Made by a program: the position numbers and the translations under genes | The notes under the pieces: model-generated | Seen by the model: only the letters and a program-made list of their open reading frames with translations | What the model was told of the DNA's origin: nothing | The model's database searches: none | Assembly (NCBI GenBank): GCA_036679645.1 | Contig: JAZDCY010000042.1 | Span: 96,001-160,000, forward strand | Length of the DNA: 64,000 bases | From: Gemmatimonadota bacterium | Lineage (GTDB): Bacteria > Gemmatimonadota > Gemmatimonadetes > Gemmatimonadales > GWC2-71-9 | Direction of reading: 5' to 3' | Shown here: one piece after another, positions 20,170 to 28,735 of the stretch | Numbering within the stretch: the first letter of the stretch is position 1 | Layout of the letters: every line of letters starts with the position of its first letter

Positions 20170-20225
20170 GTATCCAACCCCGACACGTCGCGCATTCAAC
20201 ACACGCACCCGCCAGATGGTGTAGC

Positions 20226-21419
20226 GTGATCGCAACAGGTCAAAGACAAGTCCGTAACACGTGGGTTCTCTCAGCCATCGTCGGCCTCATTCTCTGGCTC
20301 ACTCTTGTTCCCGGAACCCAGCAGCGCACATCTCCTTTTGGCTGCCTGCTCTGCGGTGAGGAAGGCTTGTCGGACGCCATCCGGAACGTCATCCTCTTCG
20401 CCCCATTCGGCTTCGCCCTGGCGCGGCACGGAATGAAACCGTTCGCAGCGCTGCTGCTCGGGGCGGCGTTCTCCATCGGCGTCGAGGGGACGCAGTTCTT
20501 CGTTCCCGGCCGGGACGCGGGCCTGGCCGACGTGCTAACGAATATGATCGGGACGGCGGCGGGCACGCTACTGTTCGCCACGCGCTGGAGCTGGCTCATG
20601 CCGGCTTCGCGACCAGCTGCGAGGCGCTCGCTGGTCGCATCGCTCGTTATGCTGGCCACCGTCCTGATGACCGGGTGGCTGCTCCAGACCTCCCTGCCCC
20701 ACAATAGTTATTTCGGTCATTGGACACCCCGATTCGGCCACCTAGAGTGGTATCGTGGGACCGTGATGGAGGCAGAGGTGGGAGGGATCCCCACTCCGTC
20801 GGGGGAGATCGATTCGTCGGAGGCGGTGCGGTCCTTGTTGCTAGAACGAACGCCGGTACGGGTGCGTGCGCTCGCGGGGCCCCCCGTGCCCGCCCTGGGC
20901 TCGCTGTTCAGTATCACAGACGGGGAGCGCGGGATTCTCCTGATCGGACCGGATCGGGACGACCTCGTCCTGCAGATCCGGCTGCGGGCAGCCGAAGTGC
21001 GGCTGGACTATCCGGACAGGCGATTTCGCGGTGTGATGGCAACAGTAGATCCGGGAGACACTATCCAGGTAGTCGTGTGGGGCAACGCAGACGGGTACTG
21101 CATCGCGTTGAATGATCGCGAAACCTGCGACCTCGGATTCTCCGCTGGTGCGGGGTGGACGTTCATCCAGAACATCTCCGCCCTACCGCCATGGGCCAAG
21201 GAAGGAATGAATGGGCTCTGGATCATGCTGCTAGTCATTCCGTTCGGTTTCTGGGCCCGGATGAGCTGGCAAAGCACAGCTGGAGGAATCCTCCTTGTCG
21301 CGGGCCTGTTGATCGCTCCTTCTTGGGTCCACCTGAACGCCACAAGTATTGTCGAATGGGCTGGAGCCCTGTCGGGAGCACTCGGCGGAGCACTCGCCCG
21401 GCAGATGATAGGCCGGTGA
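20226..21419 (+). CDS. VanZ-like family membrane protein with extended C-terminal domain
   Basis: CLLCG, DAIRNVILFAPFG, VEGTQFFVPGRD..LADVLTN.IG; start uncertain (GTG 20226 used; ORF is open from 20070). Confidence 0.8.
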   Translation: MIATGQRQVRNTWVLSAIVGLILWLTLVPGTQQRTSPFGCLLCGEEGLSDAIRNVILFAPFGFALARHGMKPFAALLLGAAFSIGVEGTQFFVPGRDAGLADVLTNMIGTAAGTLLFATRWSWLMPASRPAARRSLVASLVMLATVLMTGWLLQTSLPHNSYFGHWTPRFGHLEWYRGTVMEAEVGGIPTPSGEIDSSEAVRSLLLERTPVRVRALAGPPVPALGSLFSITDGERGILLIGPDRDDLVLQIRLRAAEVRLDYPDRRFRGVMATVDPGDTIQVVVWGNADGYCIALNDRETCDLGFSAGAGWTFIQNISALPPWAKEGMNGLWIMLLVIPFGFWARMSWQSTAGGILLVAGLLIAPSWVHLNATSIVEWAGALSGALGGALARQMIGR

Positions 21420-21474
21420 GGGATTAACGGTCCCACAGCACCGGCTGTTCTTGGCTGCGCGGCCAAGGATGGCG

Positions 21475-21633
21475 CTAGAAGATCGTGTAAATGAAAGGCG
21501 CCAGTGCCGAGCCTTGGGCGAAAACCAGCAGCGCACCCACAAGGACCATAACAACGACTATCGGGAGCAACCAGAATTTCTTGCGGGCTCTCATGAAAGC
21601 CCAAAATTCACGGAACAAACTCGAATGGCTCAT
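21475..21633 (-). CDS. DUF5989 / SxtK-like small membrane protein (52 aa; not in the ORF track)
   Basis: Hand translation: MSHSSLFREFWAFMRARKKFWLLPIVVVMVLVGALLVFAQGSALAPFIYTIF*. Confidence 0.9.
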   Translation of the reverse strand: MSHSSLFREFWAFMRARKKFWLLPIVVVMVLVGALLVFAQGSALAPFIYTIF

Positions 21634-21641
21634 ATCACGCC

Positions 21642-22061
21642 CTAGAATTGACGTTCCAAGTCACTGCGACTGCCAGTCGTGCGCCCAACCCAAACGGACG
21701 GCCTACCGTGATGCGTCGTCATCGGATTCCGGCCAAACAGACGCATCACACCTCCAATGGGTGCGATGAGGACGAAGTAGATGATTCCCATAAAAATGGG
21801 GGTCGTCACCTTTGAAATGGCATGCGCCAGACCCATCCACGCTCGATGCACCGGCCCCAAATGAGCTGGGATCAGTAGCCCGGCGAGGATCAGAAAACCA
21901 CCGATGCTCCAGAACACGAGAGCCACGGGCTCATGCCCTCTCCACCACACGATGCCACCGAGGACCAGAAACGCAATCCCCACGGTGAGTCCGAACTTGC
22001 GCCCTTCGCGAGGGCTTAGTCGAGCTGGAATTCTTCCCGCCAATCTCCCTCCTCTTTCCAC
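21642..22061 (-). CDS. SxtJ-family membrane protein
   Basis: RKFGLT, P...WMGLA, PIFMGIIYF..APIG, ends ERQF; start may be TTG 22043. Confidence 0.85.
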   Translation of the reverse strand: MERGGRLAGRIPARLSPREGRKFGLTVGIAFLVLGGIVWWRGHEPVALVFWSIGGFLILAGLLIPAHLGPVHRAWMGLAHAISKVTTPIFMGIIYFVLIAPIGGVMRLFGRNPMTTHHGRPSVWVGRTTGSRSDLERQF

Positions 22062-23845
22062 TCGGGCTGCGTCGCCTTCTGAAGTACGAAGGGCCCGAGC
22101 ACCAGGACGTCAATATGGGTCCGCATGAAGCATCGGTACGCGTCCGCTGGTGTGCAAACGATCGGCTCTCCGCGCACGTTGAACGACGTGTTCACCACAA
22201 CGCCACATCCAGTCTGGCGCTCGAACTCCTCGATCAAGTCGTGGTAGTCCGGATTGGTCTCGCGCGAGACCGTCTGGACCCGCGCAGAGTAGTCCACGTG
22301 TGTGATCGCCGGGAGGTCGGAGCGAGGAACGTTCAGTTTCTCGATACCCCAGAGCCCCTCCTGAGCATCGGTCATGCGGATCTGGCGGTCCTTCTTGACG
22401 TCGGCGACCAATAACATATACGGCGAATCGCTGTCCAGTTCAAAGTAATCGCTCACTCGCTCGCGCAGGACACTCGGAGCAAAGGGGCGAAAGCTCTCCC
22501 GAAACTTGATCTTCAGGTTCATCTGCGCCTGCATCTTGGGACTGCGGGGGTCGCCAAGGATGCTACGCGAGCCCAGAGCTCGCGGTCCAAACTCCATGCG
22601 CCCGTTGAACCAGCCGACGATCCTCTCGCTCGCCATCGCCTCCGCCACGCAGCGATGTAGATCTGATCGCTCGCGCCGTTCGTACGCTGCGCCGACGGAT
22701 TGCAAGTACTCCTCAATCTCCGTGTCCGAGAAACTCGGACCGAGGTACGCACCACGCATTCCATCACCGCTAGACGGAACCGTGCGGGGCTGTTTGCAGT
22801 GCCGGTGCCAGATGAGCTGCGCGACCCCGAGTGCGCCACCCGCATCTCCCGCCGCGGGCTGGATCCAGAGTCGCTTGAAGGGTCCCTCTCGTAGCAGCCG
22901 GCCGTTCCCCACGCAGTTGAGCGCGACACCGCCGGCGAGGCAGAGATTCTCGAGACCCGTTTCACGGTGCACCGCGCGCGCCATGCGCAGCATGACCTCT
23001 TCGGTTACGTCCTGTATTGAACGCGCGAGATCCATTTCCCGCTGGGTCAGCTTGGATTCGGGCTTACGGGGCGGACCGCCAAAGAGATTCGAGAACGCCC
23101 CATTCGTCATGGTCAGGCCCGTGAGGTAGTTGAAGTACTTCTGGTTCAACGTGAACGAGCCGTCTTCCTTGAGATCCATCAACTCTGTGAGGATCGTCTT
23201 GACGTATCTTGGCTCACCGTACGGGGCCAGCCCCATGATTTTGTACTCACCGGAATTCACCTTGAAGCCGGTGAAGTAGGTAAACGCAGAGTAGAGCAAC
23301 CCCAGTGAGTCGGGCCAGTGCAACTCCTTGAGCAGTTCGATCTCCGACCCCCGGCCAACGCCGAACGATGCCGTCGCCCACTCACCCACGCCGTCCATCG
23401 TGAGAAACGCGGCCTCCTCGAAGGGCGAGGGGAAGAACGCGGAAGCCGCGTGTGATTCATGATGCTCGGCATAGAGGATCTGCCCATCGAAAGCGAGGTC
23501 ATCGCGTAACTGCCGATCGATGTACAGCTTTTCCTTGATCCAGAGCGGTCCGGCCATCAGGAACGATCGAAACCCGCTTGGTGCCACACCAAGATAAGTC
23601 TCCAGGATTCGTTCAAACTTCAGCAGCGGCTTGTCGTAGAACCCGACATATGCGAGGTCCGCAGTGGTGATTTCCCCGGCTTTCAAGCAATAGTCGACCG
23701 CGTGCTTGGGGAACGAAGAGTCACCCTTCTTCCGCGTGAACCGCTCTTCCTGCGCCGCCGCGACGATCTCCCCATCGCGAAGCAGACATGCCGCGCTATC
23801 GTGATAGAAGGCCGAGATTCCAAGTATGTATCTGCTTGCCGTCAC
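22016..23845 (-). CDS. O-carbamoyltransferase (CmcH/NodU/SxtI family)
   Basis: ILGISAFYHDSAA, EERFTR, EHHESHAASAF, DGVGEW, GEYKIMGLAPYG, AGGVALNC, EFGPRALGSRS, KFRESFRPFAP, NTSFNVRGEPIV. Confidence 0.95.
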   Translation of the reverse strand: MTASRYILGISAFYHDSAACLLRDGEIVAAAQEERFTRKKGDSSFPKHAVDYCLKAGEITTADLAYVGFYDKPLLKFERILETYLGVAPSGFRSFLMAGPLWIKEKLYIDRQLRDDLAFDGQILYAEHHESHAASAFFPSPFEEAAFLTMDGVGEWATASFGVGRGSEIELLKELHWPDSLGLLYSAFTYFTGFKVNSGEYKIMGLAPYGEPRYVKTILTELMDLKEDGSFTLNQKYFNYLTGLTMTNGAFSNLFGGPPRKPESKLTQREMDLARSIQDVTEEVMLRMARAVHRETGLENLCLAGGVALNCVGNGRLLREGPFKRLWIQPAAGDAGGALGVAQLIWHRHCKQPRTVPSSGDGMRGAYLGPSFSDTEIEEYLQSVGAAYERRERSDLHRCVAEAMASERIVGWFNGRMEFGPRALGSRSILGDPRSPKMQAQMNLKIKFRESFRPFAPSVLRERVSDYFELDSDSPYMLLVADVKKDRQIRMTDAQEGLWGIEKLNVPRSDLPAITHVDYSARVQTVSRETNPDYHDLIEEFERQTGCGVVVNTSFNVRGEPIVCTPADAYRCFMRTHIDVLVLGPFVLQKATQPEWKEEGDWREEFQLD

Positions 23846-24055
23846 CGAAGCTCCCGTGCGTTCCGTGCATCCGCATTCCAATCAACTTCGCATCGTAAAC
23901 GCAAGAGATGGGCTTCCTGTGGGACCCAGCGGGGCAGACCTTGTAACGAACACGACCGCAACACGTTACGTAGGCCCAGGTCACATGCCGGACCGAACGC
24001 TGTTGCATCGGCGCAACGGCCGTTCAGCACGATGATCGAGGTATCGCCCACAGTA

Positions 24056-24934
24056 CTAGACCAACTCGCCTAGCAACCCCGGATCGGCGAGATCGTAGAA
24101 AATACCCGTATGTGCGATCACCATCCACTCGCCACGACTCCCGATATCCCACGTGAGGCTCATGCGGGGGCTGAACTTGCCGCGTGTCTCATCCAATGAG
24201 TCGTTCGCCAATCCGCTGCGCGCCAGGAACTCGGCGTTGGCGGGGATACTGGTCTGGGGGAGAAATTCCCATTCGTAGCGCAGCCCCACCTGCAAGTCGA
24301 GACCCGGCGCGAGTCTCCACCTGTCGTGGAGAAGGAGTCCCAACAACTGCGTGGAGAAACTCGAAATCGGAAGCGAGCCCACGGCCTGCGTGAACACACC
24401 GCTCCGAACGTCCAGATCGACAGCGCGCGAGAAAGCGAACTCGCCCGCACTCCCGAACGCGAAAGTCTGTTTCCAGGAGCTGAAATCTCCGTCCGCACCG
24501 AGCTTGATCTGACGCGTGCCGCTCCAGAGGTGAAACGTTTCGCGGGCGCGCACGGTCGATCTCTCGAATCTGGCCGGAAGACGTGCGTCACTCCCGAAGG
24601 CGATCGCCTCATCCACGATGCGGGTGGAAGGAATCGCGGCGGCGGCGTAGCCGCGTTGTCCGAACTCGAATCCCACGCGCGCCTCGTTTGCGAAGCCGGA
24701 GCCCCAATGCGACGTGAGTGCCGCAGTCGCGGCGAGATCGCTCCCCTCCAGGGTCGTCCCCGGCGTCCACGTCCCGTCAGGTCCCACATCCACACCGTCC
24801 CCGGCGACCGTCGCGAACTGCCCGCGCACGCTGAGCTGTTGCCCCTTGGCGAGGCGCCAGTCGAACCGGCCATAAACGGTGGCCGCGTCGGTTTTGCGGA
24901 TTTCGGTGACACGCGGTCGGAGGGCCGGTGCCAG
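24056..24934 (-). pseudogene. Internal fragment of a second copy of the TonB-dependent receptor
   Basis: Aligns to 18207-19072. By hand count about 42 substitutions plus a 3-aa insertion over about 290 aa (about 85% identity). No signal peptide and no C-terminal barrel half. Confidence 0.88.
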
Positions 24935-25239
24935 CGTTCCGACATCACACGCGCGACGCAAGGGTCGCGTTCAATTGCGCCGTTGTGATGTTGCGTGACT
25001 GCAACGTGTCAGATGAAGCGCTAGGGACCTGCGGAATCCTGGTCTCTCAGGCGCATCAGCGTCAGCGCGGTCAGGCCGTCGTGGGTTTCGTGTTGGGGGC
25101 GTGCTCCACGAAGTCCCGCGACAGGTGGTTGGTGATGCCAGACGGACGCGGGCCCGACCGTCGCGACCGCCAGCACCCTGGGGGGACCCCAACGATCCCA
25201 TGGGTCCGCATCAGGCGCGCAGCCCGCTGTGCAACAGTG

Positions 25240-26208
25240 TCAACGGTCGTCGACAATTGATCTTACGGTTGACGCGAGCCACCGCGTGAAGGCTCCTGTA
25301 TCACCTACGTAAAGATGAGACCCCTCAGCGCATCGCCATGAATCTCCGTTCAACTCAGCATGCACATCACTCAAGAACGGCGCGTCAAGCACTTGCTGAG
25401 CAACATCCCAATACTCTGTCTGTGGATACCGTTCGTTCTCGATGCTCCTGCGCTCTCCACAAGTAGGCAACATCACGAACAGGACAGTTCCACCACGCCT
25501 CTGAATTGCATCGACACTCGACTGCACTCTTCGCAGAATGCTGTCACGCTGGAAGGGGCTTGCCTGTCTTCCGTCCAGCCGGAATTGCTCATAGTCGTCA
25601 GAACCGAGAGGGTGTTCCCGATAGTCCCTTGCCAACGGCTGGAATCGGTCATCACGCGTCGTGAAGTCAGGAGGATCTGGCATCACTCGCAGAACCGCTC
25701 CACCTACGAGACTTCGCCAATTCAGCGTCGGATGGCGCAGCGGTATTGCCGAAGGAAGCCATTGCCGGATCCACGTCTCCAAGCGGCGAGACGGACTCAA
25801 ACGATACTCATCGTACGCCGCGGCTGCTTCAAGGAATATGCTCGGGTTCTGATCAACATTGAAGACAAAGAAGGGCGCAAAACCTACGACGGCAATCCCT
25901 GAGAATGACCTATCCTGCGCAACATGCTCCAACACCGGTACCGGTGAAGTGGCGACGAGCGCCAGGTTGTACACTGGTCGCTCAGGCCAGACTTCTTCCC
26001 ACACTATTGGATCTATCGCCGCCTGTGCTCTAGACGAGCCAAGAATCACCACTGACTTCGTGGATACCCGCGCGCGCATCGCCGCCCAGACTGAAGCGCT
26101 GTTCGGAACCCCAGGCGTAAAGCCGCGTGCACGCCATCCTACAGTCCACAACGAAACCCCAACTCCGGCAACCACCACAGCAGCGAGCCACATTGGGAGC
26201 CACTGCAT
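25240..26208 (-). CDS. SGNH-like periplasmic partner of the MBOAT (AlgJ/DltD-like)
   Basis: TM helix, VILGSSR, YNLAL, EGSHL; directly downstream of the MBOAT. Start ATG 26208 (ORF is open from 26250). Confidence 0.65.
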   Translation of the reverse strand: MQWLPMWLAAVVVAGVGVSLWTVGWRARGFTPGVPNSASVWAAMRARVSTKSVVILGSSRAQAAIDPIVWEEVWPERPVYNLALVATSPVPVLEHVAQDRSFSGIAVVGFAPFFVFNVDQNPSIFLEAAAAYDEYRLSPSRRLETWIRQWLPSAIPLRHPTLNWRSLVGGAVLRVMPDPPDFTTRDDRFQPLARDYREHPLGSDDYEQFRLDGRQASPFQRDSILRRVQSSVDAIQRRGGTVLFVMLPTCGERRSIENERYPQTEYWDVAQQVLDAPFLSDVHAELNGDSWRCAEGSHLYVGDTGAFTRWLASTVRSIVDDR

Positions 26209-26224
26209 ACGAGGCAGTCTGGAT

Positions 26225-27643
26225 CTAGAATTGGAAGTAGATGAACGCACGGTCAGTCACCGGGGTAACAAGGATTGCAAACAGCATGATCGCTATCAGG
26301 CATACCTTAGCCAACAATGGAAATCGCAGCCATTTCTCCTCAAGGCTAGAATCTCTCATCCACCAGTGCCAGAGAAGCAGCGCTGCGGTAACGGCGAATA
26401 CAGTCAGCACACTATCCTCTCCAATCACGATGTTCCTGTCACCTGCTATGCCTGCCATTGATGACACGATTCTCACAGCGCTCCTCCAATCTGGCGCGCG
26501 AAAAAACACCCATGTGAAACACACCGCTACGTAGGTGATGAGTATGAGTCCGAACATCGCCCATTTCTTTGTTGTAAGCGCACAAATGTAAGACATGCTC
26601 TTCACACGACGCTCGACCATGAGGAATGCACCGTGCAGCCCCCCCCATACGACAAATCTCCACGCAGCACCATGCCACAGGCCACCCAGCAGCATCGTCA
26701 CCAACAGGTTGACCTGCGTGCGCCGCGCGCCCAACCGATTGCCGCCCAATGGCACATACAGGTAATCTCGTAGCCACGAAGAAAGCGATATGTGCCATCT
26801 CCGCCAAAAATCTGAGAAACCCATGGCTGCGTACGGATATCGGAAGTTGTCAGGCAACGCGAAGCCCAACATCAAACCAACTCCAATGGCACACGTGGAA
26901 TAGCCTGCGAAGTCGAAGAAGATCTGCGCTGAGAACGCCAATGTTCCAACCCAGGCATCAACGAAGCCAGCATCCACAGCATTCGAATAGACATGATCGG
27001 CGATCGGTGCCATCATGCTATCAGCAAGAACCACCTTCTGAAATAGCCCGACTAAGAATAAAGTGGCACCCCACGCGAATTCGTCCTTGTCTGCTCTCCG
27101 GACTGTCGTACACTGTGGCAGGAAATGTGACGCGCGGACAATTGGTCCCGCGACCAATTGCGGGAAGAACGAGACGAACAGCGCGAAATCGACGAACCTC
27201 GGCCAAGGGTCTAGCTTACCGCGGTACACATCGATCGTATAAGACAACGTCTGAAACGTGTAGAATGAGATGCCAACGGGCAGGATGATACCGAGGTCCA
27301 CCGGCTCGTATTCGACACCGAGTAGTCGGAGAAACGCGTTGAAGTTGCCGAGGAGGAAATCTCCATATTTGAATGCTGCCAAGAGACCGAGATTCGTGAA
27401 GAGGCTCCAGGACAACAAGAGTTTCCTCTGGTGGTCGGTTGCTGCGGGCATCCGTTTGGCGAGGTGCCAGTCCACTAGTGTTGAGAATGCCAGTAATAGG
27501 ACGAATGGTGGATTCCAAGCGCCGTAGAAGATGTATGAAGCCAGAACGAGGAATGTCTTCTTCGCGCGCCATGAAGCGCGAGACGTGTGCATGAGAAGCA
27601 CGGCGGCGAAGAACAGCAGGAATGTGATGGAATTGAAAACCAT
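26225..27643 (-). CDS. MBOAT family O-acyltransferase (AlgI-like)
   Basis: MVFNS, LPVGISFYTFQ, FFPQLVAGPIVRA, FDFAGYS, FWRRWHISLSSWLRDYLY, GLWHGA, FIYFQF. Confidence 0.95.
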   Translation of the reverse strand: MVFNSITFLLFFAAVLLMHTSRASWRAKKTFLVLASYIFYGAWNPPFVLLLAFSTLVDWHLAKRMPAATDHQRKLLLSWSLFTNLGLLAAFKYGDFLLGNFNAFLRLLGVEYEPVDLGIILPVGISFYTFQTLSYTIDVYRGKLDPWPRFVDFALFVSFFPQLVAGPIVRASHFLPQCTTVRRADKDEFAWGATLFLVGLFQKVVLADSMMAPIADHVYSNAVDAGFVDAWVGTLAFSAQIFFDFAGYSTCAIGVGLMLGFALPDNFRYPYAAMGFSDFWRRWHISLSSWLRDYLYVPLGGNRLGARRTQVNLLVTMLLGGLWHGAAWRFVVWGGLHGAFLMVERRVKSMSYICALTTKKWAMFGLILITYVAVCFTWVFFRAPDWRSAVRIVSSMAGIAGDRNIVIGEDSVLTVFAVTAALLLWHWWMRDSSLEEKWLRFPLLAKVCLIAIMLFAILVTPVTDRAFIYFQF

Positions 27644-28129
27644 TGTAGCGGTACCGATCTTGGACAAGTGGGCGGTTCATCACGCCGCCTTTTTTGTGAG
27701 CGCCTGACGGGCATCGGCCGGGGTTCGATGGCCGTGCCATTCAAGGAACGACTCACATTATGCGTCTCGATACAATAGCGATGACCCCGCGTGCTTCCTC
27801 AAACGTGCAGTTGTTTCTTCCCCCCTGTACTCAGATCGGCCACGCTTGAACCGGCGGCCACGTTAGGGTGCGTATTTCAGTGCATTCAGACACCCAGTCC
27901 GGAGCGCGCTCGGCGCCGAACAGACGCTTGAGACGCTCCGCTTCGAATGGGTGCAAAACCCGCATCAGACAGTCCGCCAGCGGTCGCAGTTGGTGCGCCG
28001 ATCATGGTTACACAGCGGTAAGACCTGTGTTGTTGCTCAAGAGCGGGAAATGCACGCGGTTCTGATACGACGCTCGGCACATCGGTCCGGCTATTGTGGG
28101 AAACAGAAGTACGCTACGGACATTGGCGA

Positions 28130-28258
28130 GGGCGCACCCGCGAACGGCGCGCCAGCTGTGTAGATCACCGTTCCACGTATCGATCCGGCACTTATGCTCT
28201 GGGCTTCGAGCGGCGTTACGGCGCCGATGAGAGCGAGGGCTACGATGTAGTGCCGCAG
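28130..28258 (-). pseudogene. 5' stub of the second TonB-receptor copy
   Basis: LRHYIVALALIGAVTPLEAQSISAGSIRGTVI versus LRHYIVALALIGAAAPLEAQSITAGSLRGTVI; DNA 28130-28397 matches 19906-20169 including the upstream non-coding region; frame stops at 28091. Confidence 0.88.
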
Positions 28259-28314
28259 TGCTCCTCCAACAGATGGAAACACAGGTTTGACGTGAATGAA
28301 GCAACGGACGGGAT

Positions 28315-28328
28315 GCAATCCTGGAGCC
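28315..28328 (-). promoter_or_regulatory. Putative sigma54 promoter (duplicate of 20090-20103), now upstream of the MBOAT cassette
   Basis: GGCTCCaggaTTGC. Confidence 0.48.
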
Positions 28329-28366
28329 CCGTACCAGCGGCCCGGCAGAACCTCCACAGTATCACA

Positions 28367-28395
28367 CGTAAACGCATGTCATGCAAGGGGATGCG
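28367..28395. promoter_or_regulatory. 29-bp IHF-like element, copy 2
   Basis: CGTAAACGCATGTCATGCAAGGGGATGCG, 1 mismatch to copy 1. Confidence 0.5.
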
Positions 28396-28735
28396 TGCGT
28401 GACCACAGTCACGGCACTTACGTGCCCGACCCAGTCGTACCAATGATGTGGTATGATCGCTACAATATCCCCAGTACCTAGAGGCATGGGATCCGTAGGA
28501 CATAGCTGAGCCGCGATCCGTTGCACACCTCGTCCACCGCCCAGTGTCCCGTGCCGAAAAACCTGAAGCACCTACGACCAGAGCATGCATCTTGCGAGTG
28601 CGTGAGCGCTATCATGGTCACTCCGAATAGAACGCGCGCGCGTGAGAAACGGACGACACGCTCGGTAACGGTAGTCCCCGAGAGCCTCGTTGCGGCTCGC
28701 CACCCGAGTTCCTCCGTGCGCCCGGTCCGAATACG

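Noticed and set aside
14113..21419. Glycopeptide/methicillin resistance locus (FemAB, VanZ)
   Set aside because: Both are the EPS-associated distant relatives; no van ligase or peptidase genes
21475..23845. Saxitoxin biosynthesis cluster
   Set aside because: Only sxtI/J/K-like families are present; no sxtA PKS-like gene, amidinotransferase or other core genes, and the context is polysaccharide
18207..24934. Diversity-generating retroelement template/variable repeat
   Set aside because: No reverse transcriptase; the repeat is about 870 bp and differences are not confined to adenines
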